DNA of 63,037 bases, filler included, from Chiloscyllium plagiosum (GCF_004010195.1; 4 parts of one record of this genome joined end to end with filler, not necessarily neighbours in it); one strand, 5' to 3'; shown: positions 1 through 12,477, counted from the first letter of the whole stretch. Numbers and translations: made by a program. Notes: generated from the sequence alone by a model not told the origin.

Positions 1-110
1 CCTGTCTGGGGTAATCCCCCTGCCTGGGGTAATCTCCCTGTCTGTGGGTCAGACCTGGGGTAATCCCCCTGCCTGGGGTAATCCCCCTGTCTGGGGTAAT
101 GCCCCTGTCT
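1..110. repeat. ~19-bp minisatellite (CCTG[T/C]CTGGGGTAATCCCC), about 5 imperfect units, truncated by the window edge
   Basis: The unit cctgtctggggtaatcccc / cctgcctggggtaatcccc recurs directly in the first 110 bp. Confidence 0.85.
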
Positions 111-817
111 ACGTGGCGACTGTAGCGGGGTGTGTGATCCGGGTGGGAGAGTGACTAGAAACAGGGAAGGAACAAGGTCCCTTCAGAACCCCATCAGGAT
201 TATTCCCGTACCAGAGAGGGAGTCATTATTGAGAGCTACCTTGGGATAGCCACCAGGTGATCCCTCCTTGGAGCAGGTTCGCACCTCCCCCCCCCCCCGC
301 TCTCCCCTGTCAGTTTGTTGTACCAGTGGGTGATCTGGCCAAGCCCTGAGTCTCTGTATTCCCCTTCGGCCTGATCTCTCTGTTACATTTCTGACAGTTG
401 CGGGTGGGGCCCAGTATTTAAACCAATGACCCATTAACCCAGCCCTGTCTGCCCCCTCAGGTGCAGGTAAGTGAGCCCACTGCCCCCACAGTGTCAAAGA
501 GGGCCACAACGCAGTCCCATGGTCAATATCCCCCCACCCCATCAACATCCCAAAAACAGATTACCTGGACATTGCTGTCTGTGGGATCTTACTATGTGCC
601 AGCAAGTTGCCATTTCTGCATTACTCTAGCGACAACATTCAATGTTGCCTGTGCAGTGCCTTGGTGCAGCCAACAGCAGAGAAGGGTGCTATGTAAATGT
701 AGGTCTGCCTTTCCACTTCCTTGTAGTCTTGGTGGGCCCTTATTACAGGCACCAACAATGACATTTGATTTGATGATATGCTGTCAGGTGTCCCAGAGAG
801 CTGTTGCACAAAGCCCT

Positions 818-1077
818 GGGGGCGGCACGGTGGCTCAGTGGTTAGCATTGCTGCCTCACAGCACCAGAGACCCGGGTTCGATTCCAGCCTCGGGCGACTG
901 TCTGTGTGGAGTTTGCACATTCTCCCCGTGTCTGCGTTTCCTCTCACAATCCAAAGATATGCAGGTATAGGTGAATTGGCCTTTGCTAAATTGCCCCTGG
1001 TGTTAGGTGTAGGGGAATGGGTTACTCTTTGAGCCGAAGGGCCTGTTTCCACACTGTAGGGAATCTAATCTAATCTG
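818..1077 (+). mobile_element. tRNA-derived V-SINE, HE1-like (elasmobranch)
   Basis: A box TGGCTCAGTGG 831-841, B box GGTTCGATTCC 875-885, V-domain TGTGTGGAGTTTGCACATTCTCCCCGTGTCTGCG, CR1-type tail GCCGAAGGGCCTGTTTCCACACTGTA and (AATCT)n end. Confidence 0.85.
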
Positions 1078-1522
1078 ACCCACCACCCCCCTAACAACTG
1101 AGTGAGGAGACCTGGGGTCAGATGGTAGGTGTGAGGTATGGAGGGAGAGCTGAGGGGAGGCTGTTCCTGGTGTTGGCAGGTGGGCGGGGTGCAATTAACA
1201 TGGAGAATGTACAAAAGGCCAGAATTTGACGAGATCAGAGATCTGGCAAGGGGTGGGGGGGAAGCCGGTGGAGCTGGGTGTGATTACTGGGGAGCCGAGG
1301 TAATGGAGGGATTTAAAAAGCTAGACTCCCCTTTAAAAACGCGAGTTGTTACCGGAACCGTGAAATGAGGCTCTCTCCAAGCCAGAGAGACGAAACTCGG
1401 ACAAGTTGTACGGACTGAGAGGAGGGCCATGTGAAAGGGACATTGACAAGTTGGGGGAAGGGGATTAGGTGACAAATAGAATTTAATGCGGACAAGTGTG
1501 AAGTGATGCACTTTGATCAGAG

Positions 1523-1725
1523 CTGAAACTTTATTGCTGGAACAGCACAGCAGGTCAGGCAGCATCCAGGGAACAGGAGATTCGACGTTTCGGGCACAGG
1601 CCTGAAGAAGGGCCTGTGCCCGAAACGTCGAATCTCCTGTTCCCTGGATGCTGCCTGACCTGCTGTGCTGTTCCAGCAATAAAGTTTCAACTTTGATCTC
1701 CAGCATCTGCAGACCTCACTTTCTC
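1523..1725 (+). mobile_element. Fold-back PLE-terminus element carrying a hammerhead motif, inserted in a CR1 relic
   Basis: Near-perfect ~85-bp inverted arms around 1602-1610; 14-bp direct repeat CACTTTGATCAGAG at 1509-1522 and 1726-1739. Confidence 0.8.
1602..1633 (+). ncRNA. Minimal type-I hammerhead ribozyme motif (family A)
   Basis: CTGAAGA-A-GGGC-CTGT-GCCC-GAAA-CGT-C-GAAT: conserved core, 4-bp stem II, palindromic ACGT helix III. Confidence 0.7.
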
Positions 1726-3654
1726 CACTTTGATCAGAGGGACAATGTAAAGTAATATAAAACGGGGGGGGGGGGGGTATAATGTTGGACAGGGTGCAGG
1801 ACCAGGGGTACATGGGGAATATGTTCACAGATCATTGAAAGTGGCAGGACGTGTGGGAAGAGCGATGAATAAAGCTCGCTGTGTGCTCGGTTTCATTAAT
1901 AGGGACAGAGAGCAGGGTGATGCTGAACTTGTAAAAGAGCCTCCTTACACTCAGTTCCAGTATTGTCTGCAGTTGTGGCCATCCCATTGTGGGTCTGCTG
2001 GATTCGGGAATGTCAGTGGGAAGGAGAGACACGGAGGCGGTGAGATGTGTATGCATTAGACAGAGAGGGGGGTACAGAGGTGATTTACAAGAATGGTTCC
2101 AGGAGCAAGCCACTCGAGGAAGATAGGGCGGCTCAGTGGTTAGCCCTGCTGCCTCCCAGCCCCAGGGTCCCGGGTTCGATCCCAGCCTCGGGGCGACTGT
2201 CTGGGTGGGTTTCCTCCCAGTTGTGGCCATCCCATTGTGGTCGGACGTTCGTCGTCCAATGATGTGCAGGTTAGGGTGGATTGGCCGTGGGGAAATGCAG
2301 GGGTACAGGGGTGGATAGGGGGTGCTGTGTCTGGGTGGGATGCTCTTCAGAGGGTCAGGGTGGACGCGGTGAGTTGATGACCCTCTGTCTGCAGTGTCGA
2401 GATTCTATGAGAGTGAAGACGTTGGGACTGTTCTCTCTGGAGAGAGGGAGGTTCGGGGGATATATAACCTCTGTCTGAGGAAGGGTCTCCTGGTTATGGA
2501 GAGAGTGTGACAAAGGTTTATTAGACTGGTTCCTGCGATGGCAGAGCTGACATATAGAGAGAGAGACCGGATTGCTTAGGACAGGAGTTTAAAAGAATGG
2601 GAGAGAGTGGGATCTCATAGAAACCTATACAATTCCATTAGGACCAGACTAGGCCCTCTAATTCTGGACTCCCCCACCCCAGGGAAAAGACTTTGTTTTT
2701 TATATCCTATCCATGCCCCTCATGATTTTATAAACCTCTATAATGTCATCCCTCAGCCTCCGACGCTCCAGGGAAAACAGCCCCAGCCTATTCAGCCTCT
2801 CCCTGTAGCTCAAATCCCCCAACCCTGGCAACATCCGTGTAAATCTTTTCTGAACCCTCTCCAGAGGCAGAGGAGAGGGTTTTGGAAAGAAATGATGTGC
2901 AGGGATTTGGGGAGAAAGAGGGAGATTGACTTGAGGCGATGATGCTGGTTCGAGGGGCCAGTGCTGATGTGATGGGTTGAATGGCCTCCCAGGCTGCACT
3001 CGTTCTGCATTGCTATCAGGGAGGTAGGGACAGGACGAGGGGCACTCAGTGCAGGAGAGCAGCGAGGAGAGTCTGTCACGTGTAGGTGCTGTGAAAGCAC
3101 AGAGCACTCACAGTTCACATCCTGATCAGCTTTAACGAGAAGTGACAAGCAGGATGGTAGGGAGGATGGTATCAGCAGAGAGTGGCCGAGCTGTGAACCG
3201 TGTCTAAGCACCGAGCAAATGTGCATCGACTGAAATAGCAAGGCATTTCAGAGCAGCTCTGTGCGGGGGTTGAGAGAAGCAATTCATGTGTCAGGTTGTG
3301 TTAGAGCGAGAAGGCAGCAGAATCCCACTGTACTCAGAGAGAGAGAACTCAACATGATCCCTGGTGTCTGCTCTCACAGAGGGAGAGAGAGAGAGAGAGA
3401 CAGAGAGAGAGAAGTCTGAGATACCCAAGGGTGTTTGAAACCCTCAACCTCACCTGGTCCCCTCTCCCCTGGAGTTCCAGGGACACGTACAATCCCACGA
3501 TCTCAGCCCCGTCTCTGGATTTGTTCAACCCGTTTCCTCACTGCCATCCAATTCTCACCTGGGGCGTTTCTGCAGGCTAAATGGAGGGGAGGCACAGATA
3601 AACAATATTTTGGAAAGTTCTTTCAGACAGCACAACCCAGTCAAGAGGTTTTTG

Positions 3655-4205
3655 TTCGATTTACTCATGGGATGTGGGTGTCGCTGGCTGGGCCCAGTAT
3701 TTATTGCCCGTCCCTAGTTGCCCCTTGAGAATGTGGGGGTGAGTTGCCTTCTTGAACCACTGCAGTCCATGTGCTGTGGGTTGACCCACAATGCCCCTAG
3801 GGAGGGAATTCCAGGATTTTGACCCAGCGACAATGAAGGAACGGTGATATACTTCCAAGTCGGGATGATGAGTGGATTGGTGGTGTTCCCATGTACCTGC
3901 TGCCCTTGTCCTTCTCGATGGAAATGGTCGTGGGTTTGGAAGGTGATGCCTGAGGATCTTTGGTGAATTCCTGCAGTGCATCTTATAGATAGTCCACACT
4001 GCTGTTACTGAGCGTTGGTGATGGAGGGAGTGGAGGTTTGTGGATGTGGTGCCAATCAAGTGGGCTGCTTTGTCCTGGATGGTGTCAAGTTTCTTGAGTG
4101 TTGTTGGAGCTGCCCCCATCCAGGCAAGTGGGGAGTACTCCATCCCCCTCCTGACTTGTGCCTTGTAGGTGGTGGACAGGCTTTGGGGAGTCAGAGGGTG
4201 AGTTC
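3655..4205 (-). mobile_element. 3' end of a CR1/L2-group LINE (likely partner of the Deu-type SINE)
   Basis: ORF 3661-4143 MEYSPLAWMGAAPTTLKKLDTIQDKAAHLIG resembles a LINE ORF2 C-terminus; its tail TTTATTGCCC.TCCCTAGTTG is shared with the SINE at 21480-21840. Confidence 0.75.
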
Positions 4206-5150
4206 CTGTCTTTCAGTAATAACTAGTAACTGTGTCACAGGGATCAGTGCTGGACCCACAATCTGTTTACAATATATGTTTACGACGTGGGTGAGGAGAG
4301 TGAAGGTCCGATAGATGAGCTGGGGCATGACAATTGGTGAGGATGTAACCGAGTCTGCCCAGGGGTATAGACAGGTTCAGTGAGAGGGCAAAACGTGGCA
4401 GAGGGAATATAACGCAGGGGAAATGGGAGGTTAGGCACTTTGGCAGGAAGAATAGAGGAGCTGAATATTATTTAAGTCAAGGAAGATTGCAGAAAGCTAC
4501 AGAACAGAGGGATTTGGGAATCCTCATCCATGATTCACAAAAAGCTAGCATTCAGGTTTAGCAAATAGAATGTTGGCCGAAAAGTAAAGAGGTTTTGCTA
4601 ATACTATACAGGGCACTAGCCAGCCCACAGTTGTGAACAGGTCTGGGTCCCTTATCTAAGGGAGGATATACCGGTATCGGAGGCAGTCCAGAGAGGGCTC
4701 ACTCAGCTGATACTGGGTAGGGAGGGACTGTCTAATGTGGAGAGGTTGAGTAGGATTAGAGTTTAGAAGGATGAGAGGGGGCCTTACTGAAACAGACACG
4801 ATTGTTGGAGGACTTGACAGAGTAGATGTGGAAAGGCTGTTTTCCCTTGTGGCAGAGTCTGGGACCAGAGAACATCACCTCAGAATAAAGGCTTACACAT
4901 CAGAGGCAAAACGAGGAGGTATTTCTTCTCTCAGAGGGGAGTGAATCTGTGGAATTCCTTCGCACAGAGGGCTGCCGAGGAGGGCTCACTCGATATAGTC
5001 AAGGCTGAGACAGATAGATTCAAGGGTTGTGGAGAAAAGGCAGGAAGATGGAGTTGGGGATTATCAGATCCTCCATGATCTCACTGAATGAGGTAGCAGA
5101 ACCAATGGGCTGAATAGCCTACTTCTGTATCCATGTATTATGGTCTTATA
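4205..5150 (+). mobile_element. Degenerate CR1 LINE 3' fragment
   Basis: Recognisable CR1 RT-region DNA (GGATCAGTGCTGG, AGAGGGATTTGGG, TGTGGAATTC) and a CR1-type 3' tail. Confidence 0.7.
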
Positions 5151-6777
5151 GTAGTCAGGAAAAGTCATTTATAAAAGCTGTGCTAACACAATGCTAAGAA
5201 AATACCAATGCGATTTTGCAAAGTTAACATGGATTTTTGAAATGGAAATTGCATTTGACAAATCTGCTGGAGTAGATTTGAGTTTGTAACTAGTAGAATA
5301 AATGAGAGAGAACTAGTGAATATGGCATACTTGGATTTTAAGAAAGATTTTGATAAAGTCCCACAAAAGAGACTATTGTGGAAAATCAAACTATATAGGA
5401 TTGGTGATAATATACTGGCATGGATTGAGAATTGGTTAACAGACAGGAAACCGTAGGAGTAAATGGGTCATTTTCGAAGTGGAAGATGGTGACAAGTGGG
5501 ATATTATAGAGATCAGAGCTTGGGCACCAGCTATTCATGATATGTATTGACTCATATGAGGGAATCATGTAAAATTTCCAACTTTGCTGCCAATGCATAC
5601 CCAGGTGGGAGTGAGAATGGTATGGACGACTCAGAGACCTCATTGTGAATCAGATAAGTTGAATGAGTGAGTGAGAAAATACATGGCAGATATAAGGTGA
5701 ATAAATGTAAAGTTGTCTAATTTAGGAGGAAAAGCAATGGCAGAATATAATTTAAATGGTGATGGATTGGAAAGATTGATGGACAAGAGGACCTGGATGC
5801 CTTTGTACACTTGTCATTGAAGTCAAACATGCCAGTGCTTGTTAGAAAGACAAATGGTATGGTTGCCTTTATTGCAAGTGGGTAATGAGTACAGGAGCAA
5901 GGACGTTTCTTTGCAGGACCTTGGTGAGATCACAGTTAGAGCGTTGAGTGTAGTTTTGGTCTCCTTACAGAAGAAAGAGTACACCTATCATAAAGAAAGT
6001 GCAGGAAAGGTTCATGAGATTGATTCCTGGACTGGCAGAGCCAATGGGAAAGACTGGAAATGTGACGAGCTTGGACAGATCTCTCAAAGATGAGGGGCAG
6101 AATGGTCACCATCTCCCCCACTCCCATCCCCTTCCAGTCATTTCCATCCACTCACAACCCTCCAACCCAATCCCAACCCCTCTCACTCCCACTCACGCTC
6201 ACCCAATGACAGCATTCCCACTCCAACTCACTCTGACTCTCGACTCCTCCCACCACTCTTATTTATTCCCACTGAATCCAACTTACTTCCACCCACTCTC
6301 ACTCATTCCCACACCCACCAAGAATAGACCCTCTCCTCATCTCCGAGTGGAGCACTGATTTCCGCCCCCTCCACCATACTCACCCTTTGCCTGCCATCTC
6401 CCTCTGTCCTGTCCTGACTCTCAGACCCCCCTCTGCCATCTCCTCTCGCCCTTGCCTGTTTTGTGAAAACACTGAAATACCGCGACAAGTCTTACCAAGC
6501 TCTGAGGCACAGAGACATTAGCTAGGAGCGATGCTGTGGCCCAGCACAGTGAGCTATAACAGTGAGATAATTCACCTCCGTTACTTCAGTACAATGTGCC
6601 CCATGCATATTTAAACCAGAACCAGGCTATGACCCCAGAAACTGCCATTAACTTGTCATCTAAGTGCAACATCTGAATGAACTGTTCACACTGAGACCAC
6701 TGGCTTGCTTCTGGCTGAAAGATCAAGTGTAATGAGTCTAACAGTGGGTGACAATTATCTAATAGACTCGCCTGCCC

Positions 6778-6811
<34 letters not shown>

Positions 6812-7259
6812 GCCTGACTGCTCAGGTCTAACTCAGACCTTGCAGCCCTCTGTCCCTCGGGAATCATTACCTGCACTCACAGGCACCACCGAGTCCCAAA
6901 CGCTGCGGCCAGCCTCTGGCCGATTCACTGACTCGGTGCCAGAGACATTTCTGGAAACAGGCACGATTTTTGGGGGGATAAAAGTTAGCAGAACAAAGGA
7001 TTTCGCAGAAGGAGCCTTCGAGACCACATTTAAAAAGTCGTCTCAGAGAAGCCAAAGAGCCACCAGGGGAGTTTCCACGCTGAGGACATCTCACTTGAAT
7101 CAGGGGAGTCTTTGTTTCAAGTCAAAGTCAGAGTCAGGGTTAAATGCGAATTAGGTTTAAGAAAGGTAAAGTGAAGTTAAATAAAGTTAGAAGAAGTAAA
7201 AACTTGAAACAGTTGTATCTTTTCTATTGAGTTATAGAGTCATAGAGATGTACAGCATG

Positions 7260-7759
7260 NNNNNNNNNNNNNNNNNNNNNNNNNNNNNNNNNNNNNNNNN
7301 NNNNNNNNNNNNNNNNNNNNNNNNNNNNNNNNNNNNNNNNNNNNNNNNNNNNNNNNNNNNNNNNNNNNNNNNNNNNNNNNNNNNNNNNNNNNNNNNNNNN
7401 NNNNNNNNNNNNNNNNNNNNNNNNNNNNNNNNNNNNNNNNNNNNNNNNNNNNNNNNNNNNNNNNNNNNNNNNNNNNNNNNNNNNNNNNNNNNNNNNNNNN
7501 NNNNNNNNNNNNNNNNNNNNNNNNNNNNNNNNNNNNNNNNNNNNNNNNNNNNNNNNNNNNNNNNNNNNNNNNNNNNNNNNNNNNNNNNNNNNNNNNNNNN
7601 NNNNNNNNNNNNNNNNNNNNNNNNNNNNNNNNNNNNNNNNNNNNNNNNNNNNNNNNNNNNNNNNNNNNNNNNNNNNNNNNNNNNNNNNNNNNNNNNNNNN
7701 NNNNNNNNNNNNNNNNNNNNNNNNNNNNNNNNNNNNNNNNNNNNNNNNNNNNNNNNNNN
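7260..7759. other. Assembly gap of exactly 500 N (scaffolding-type join)
   Basis: Run of 500 N. Confidence 0.95.
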
Positions 7760-8504
7760 GCAAAGATCCCAAAAACACAGTCAGAGACATCATGAACCCT
7801 GGCACCTGGGAGGCAACACACCAACCATGTGTCTCTTTTGTTTCCACAAAACCTCCTGTCTGTCTACCTAACTATGGGGACAGACCACAATATTGTTTGG
7901 GAGAGAATTCCAGGATTTTGACCCAGTGACACTGAAGGAATGACAATACATTTCCAAGTCAGGATGGTGAGGAGCTTAGAAAAGAACTTGCAGGCTTTGA
8001 TGTTCCAATGTGTCTGCTGCTCTGGTCCATCTAGTTTGTGGCACTTGTGAGTTTGGACAATGCTGTCAAAGGAGACTTGGTGAATTTCTGCAGTCAATCA
8101 AACACACTGCTGTTACTGATTGCTAGTGGTGGAGGGAATGTATGTTTGTGGATTTGGTGCCAATCAAGCTGCCTGCATTATCCTGGATGTTGTCAAGTTT
8201 CCTGAGTGTTTTAGAGCTGCACTCATCCAGGCAAGTGGGAAGTATTCCATCATACTCTTGACATGTATATTGTAGTTGGTAAACAGGCTTTGGGGAGTCT
8301 GGAAGTGAATTATCCTGAAAGGGTTCGGTGATTCACTTACCTTGGAGCCACAATAATTATATTGCTAGTCCAGTTCAGCATATGGTCAATGGTTACCTCC
8401 CCAGGATGTTGGTACTGGGAGATTCAGTGATGGGAATGGTTTGAATGTCAATGTTTAGATTATCTCTAGTTGGACATAATCATTCTCTTTTATCAAGAGA
8501 AGTT

Positions 8505-9070
8505 GAGGCACGCAGTTCCAAGCCAATAAAGCCAACTGCTTGTGAGGCCTAGGGTTTCTTTTTAAATGTTGGAACAACAGAAGCAGCATGAATGGGTGGA
8601 GTCAGGCTCCCACAGAACAAGGGCTTTACTTTTGCTTTCAGTAGTTGTTGGGGTTTTTGGAAGCTGGTTGTGAAACCTGCTACTACTCTCTCTTTTTGAC
8701 AGCTAAAAGCTTGGGTTCTCTCTGCTGCCAGAATTGCACGTGTGACAATCTACTTTACTGCATTTGCCTTTGCCAAGGGTGTGTTTATGGGATTTTACTA
8801 TAGTGGAACAGTTGCTGTTTAGTAGTTAAGTAACATATTATTTTGTTATGTTTTCCAATGGAGTTCAAGTTCGACCAATTCTTTATTCTTTTGTCTGTAT
8901 TTTAACTGTAGATTAAGAATAAAGTCTGTTTTGTTTAAGGTCGAATTGTATAACAAATAATGAAAAACATCGGGAACACAGTACCTTACTCTTGCCTTTA
9001 AATAAGAAAAAGTGAGGGTCGAGGCTATCTCCTTGATATATTTGAAGGGGCTTTAGTTTGGTCCATAACA
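8505..9070 (+). mobile_element. Probable Gypsy-type solo LTR; second copy at ~11941-12475
   Basis: Ends in GTCCATAACA, while the paralogous copy starts GTTATGAC; AATAAA near 8918; clear similarity of 8520-8870 to 11970-12470. Confidence 0.55.
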
Positions 9071-10396
9071 AAGTCTTGTTACATATAAGGGGTCGCAAAT
9101 GGTGCTGAAGATTGTGTAATAATCGTGAACATCCCCACATCTGATGTAGGGACCAGTCACTGCTGGAACAGTTGAAGTTGGTTAGGCCTGCAATGTTCCC
9201 CAGAGAGCATCTTCAAAGTGAAGATGAGAGTTTGTCTCTCCAAGGACAGTGCAATGGTAACGTTTGCCAATATAGTCATGGACAGATGCATTGCAGCACT
9301 CAGGTTGGTGAAGATGAGGTCAAGTATGAGTGTCCCTCCCGTTCCCTCATCACCTGACCCAATCCAGTAGCTACGTCCTTTAGTATAAAACTTGCCTGGT
9401 CAGAAATGGTGCTAGGAGCCATTCTTGGCGATGAACTTTGAGGTCCCCTCCCAAACTACATTTACAGCCTTCCCACCCTCAGAGCTTCCTCCAAATGGTG
9501 TTCAAAATCAACTGTGGGGGTCAGATGGTGCATGGTCCGGTGTAAGGAAGACCTTTCTCTGTCTGCATTTGACCTGGTGTCACGAGGCTTCTTGGAGCTG
9601 GAGTTAATGTTGACGAGTCCTGGAGCAACTGCCTAGGTCTGAATACCACTGTGACACCACCACTTCTGGTTCTGTCCTAGTGAGACAAGTCATTCCCAGG
9701 GGGTGGTGATGGTGGTATCTAGGACATTATCAGTAAGGTATGGTTCCAAGTGTTTGATTATGTCAGGTTGCTACTTAACCAGTCTGAGAGACAGCTCTCC
9801 TAACTTAGTGAGGAAGACTTTGCAACAGGACTGTGCATGCCATTGTTGTTTCTGGTGCCTTCCGCAATGCCAGGTGTCCATCTTATTTCATTCCTTTCTT
9901 TAGATATTGTACCAGTTGATTCAACTGAGTAACTTTTGAGAAGTTAGTTAAGAGCCAATCACATTGACAGTCTGAAGTCATATGGTAAGGATGGCAGTTT
10001 CCTCCCCAAGACGGGTCTTACAACAATTGACAATGGTTTCATGGTCATCATTTGACTTTAAATTCTAGATTTTTTATTGAATTACATTTCACCATCTGGT
10101 GTGGATTTGTACCCAAACTATTACCTACATATGGACACTAGTCCAGTGGCAACATCACAAGGCCATCACCTCCCCACAGTTTCATAGAATACACAATAAT
10201 CTACAGGTTACATGCCTGTAGAACATATTTAAAGTGCTGAAAGGAATTTATGATTTGGTAGTTTAATTGTGGAATATGGATTAACAGTAGGAAGGTGTCT
10301 GTTTGGAAGTGCAAACATGGCCTATAAAAAGAAAAGGTTGGATCGATTGTTTACCCAACTGAAGAAGGTTTATAAAACATATACTTTACAGAGTAC

Positions 10397-10465
10397 CTCA
10401 GCGACAAACAGAGTCCGTGGATCAATGATATCCAGGAAATGTCGGAAGCGTCCATAAAAGGTAGA
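10397..10465 (-). CDS. SFXN5: Sideroflexin-5 exon 2 ([23 protein letters not shown])
   Basis: 69 nt, phase 0/0, flanked by ctctttttctttcag acceptor and gtactc donor; peptide nearly identical to recalled vertebrate SFXN5 ([23 protein letters not shown]); joins exon 1 in frame. Confidence 0.95.
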
Positions 10466-11565
10466 CTGAAAGAAAAAGAGAAACATAAATAAAGTACCAT
10501 AAATGCAGGAAATGTGCAGTCACCAGAAAACAAATCTGTCAGCATTTTAAAAAATACCAGCTTCATGTCGTAGCTGAAATCTCATGAAACACTAAACCTC
10601 AATGTAATTTATTTAGTATTTTACAAACATCCAAAATTTAGAAACAAATTTGCATTTAAATAACATAAAAATGTCCTAGGGCATGTTACAGGAAAAGGTG
10701 ACGTAAAGTAGCAATTTAAGATATGATTGGAAACATGGTGAGAAAGATGGGAATCTTTTAGAGGAGACATGCAGCAAAACTCAGGTTTGCAGAGGTCCAA
10801 AGAGTAGGACTGTGATAGCTGAAGACAATCAATCATAAAAGCTAGAGGCAGCGGTTAAAGACCCAAGAAGGAGTAGTTTGCAGAGGCAAAGTCAGCAAGA
10901 CTATCTTGGAATTTCAAAATGAGACTCGCATTGCTGGATACATAATCAATGGGGCTCCATAGATGGAGTAGTGTACAAACAGTGGCTTCTAGTTTCACAC
11001 AGAACGAAGTTTTGGACATGATGGAGTTTGCATGGGGTGGACCTTAGGCTCCTGACAAGTCTTTGCCTGCCAGTAGGTGAGAATTAAGGCTCCAGAGGAA
11101 ACGGGAGGATGGAAGTGGGTGAGACTGAGTGATAGGTAGGGTGAAGTGATAGATAAATGATAAAGCATTTGAGACTTAGCACTTATGGACCGTAGAATGT
11201 AGGAGCAGAAGGAGGCCATTCTGCCCAGTGAGTCTGCTTCTGTCTTTTCCATAACCCTTGATTTCCTTACTTTTTAGACAGTTAAAAATCTGTCTATTTC
11301 AGACCGGAATATACTTAAAAAACTGGCCTCTACAGCCCTCTTCATAAAATAATTCCAGATTCACTACCTTTTGAGAGAAAAAAATTCTCTTCCTCTGTCT
11401 TAAATGGACCATATCTTACTCAGATTATGGGTGATGTCCACTGGTCTTTGACTCTCCCTGAGGGGAAACCAACCTTTCTGTATCTACCTTGTCAAATCCT
11501 CCAAGAATCTTGTACGTTTCAAAAAGGTCACCTCTTTTTCTTCTAAATTCTCAAGCTTTTGCACT

Positions 11566-11783
11566 ATAGCTAATTCTTCTGTAATGCAATGGTTGCGTTC
11601 TTATGCAATCCAGCATTATTGAAAAATCGCGGTTTAGAAACAGTGCTTGAAGTGTTGCCGATGTAATCGTGTTACAGCCAACACATTTTAAAAGCTCCAA
11701 CTTTGGAAACAGTGTTCCCTGTTCATCAATCACATTAAAGTGAACTTGCGTTAACGAAATGTGGGTTATAGCAAAACAACCTG
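11566..11783. mobile_element. Possible old Tc1/mariner (Tigger/pogo-like) MITE
   Basis: Diverged terminal inverted repeats (TAGCTAATTCTTCTGTAATGC ... GGGTTATAGCAAAACAACCTG), TA at the left flank, ~220 bp. Confidence 0.4.
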
Positions 11784-11940
11784 CACATTGTTCAGCCTAA
11801 TTCAACAGAAAGCATAATAAGAGAAGAAAATCTGTAGCATTTTTCACTGCATCTTAAAGTAATATACAGCTACAAAATGTTTTCAAGAGTTCTCTGAAGG
11901 TACTATGGTTACTTTTGTCCTTTTTCTTATATAAAGAAAG

Positions 11941-12475
11941 GTTATGACAGAGGCGCTGAGCACTCTGCTACAAAGCCAATAAAATAAACAGCTTGTGAGG
12001 GCTTGGTTTTTTTTTCAAAATTGGAACAATTGAAACAGCTTCAATGGGTGGATTCAAGCTCCCACAGAACCAGTTTTTTTAAAATTTTATCCTTCAGTAG
12101 CAGTTGCTGGGGTCTTGAAGCTGGATAAAAACAATGACTGCAGATGTTGGAAACCAGATTCTGGATTAGTGGTGCTGGAAAAGCACAGCAGTTCAGGCAG
12201 CATCCGAGGAGCAATAAAATCGACGTTTGGGCAAAAGCCCTTCATCAGGAATACAGGACTTGAAGCTGGATGTGGAAACTCTTATTCCTCTCTGTGTTAC
12301 AGCTAAAAACTGGGGTTCTCTTCCTGCTGCTAGAATTGCATGTGAGATGATCTATTTTACTGAATTTGTCTTTGCCAATGGTGTGTTTATGGGATTTACT
12401 ATATTTAAACAGTTAATTATTCGGAGTTAATATTTTATTTTGTTAAGCAATTTGATAGGGTTACAGTTGAGCTAA
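11941..12475 (+). mobile_element. Second copy of the 8505-9070 LTR-like repeat, interrupted by a hammerhead-bearing PLE-terminus insert (12127-12258)
   Basis: Similarity to 8520-8870; insert flanked by 13-bp CTTGAAGCTGGAT at 12114-12126 and 12259-12271. Confidence 0.65.
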
Positions 12476-12477
12476 TT

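Noticed and set aside
1..110. CRISPR-like repeat array
   Set aside because: Head-to-tail units without unique spacers in vertebrate DNA; a minisatellite
818..895. tRNA genes at GGGCGGCACGGTGGC... heads (about 10 copies)
   Set aside because: Each continues into a V-domain and LINE-like tail, so these are SINE heads
6100..6450. Pro/His/Thr-rich ORF 5999-6358
   Set aside because: Degenerate (ACTC/CCACT) low-complexity tract following a CR1 remnant
7224..7871. Long ORFs spanning N runs (also ~17900-18650 and 52100-53400)
   Set aside because: Their length comes from translating Ns
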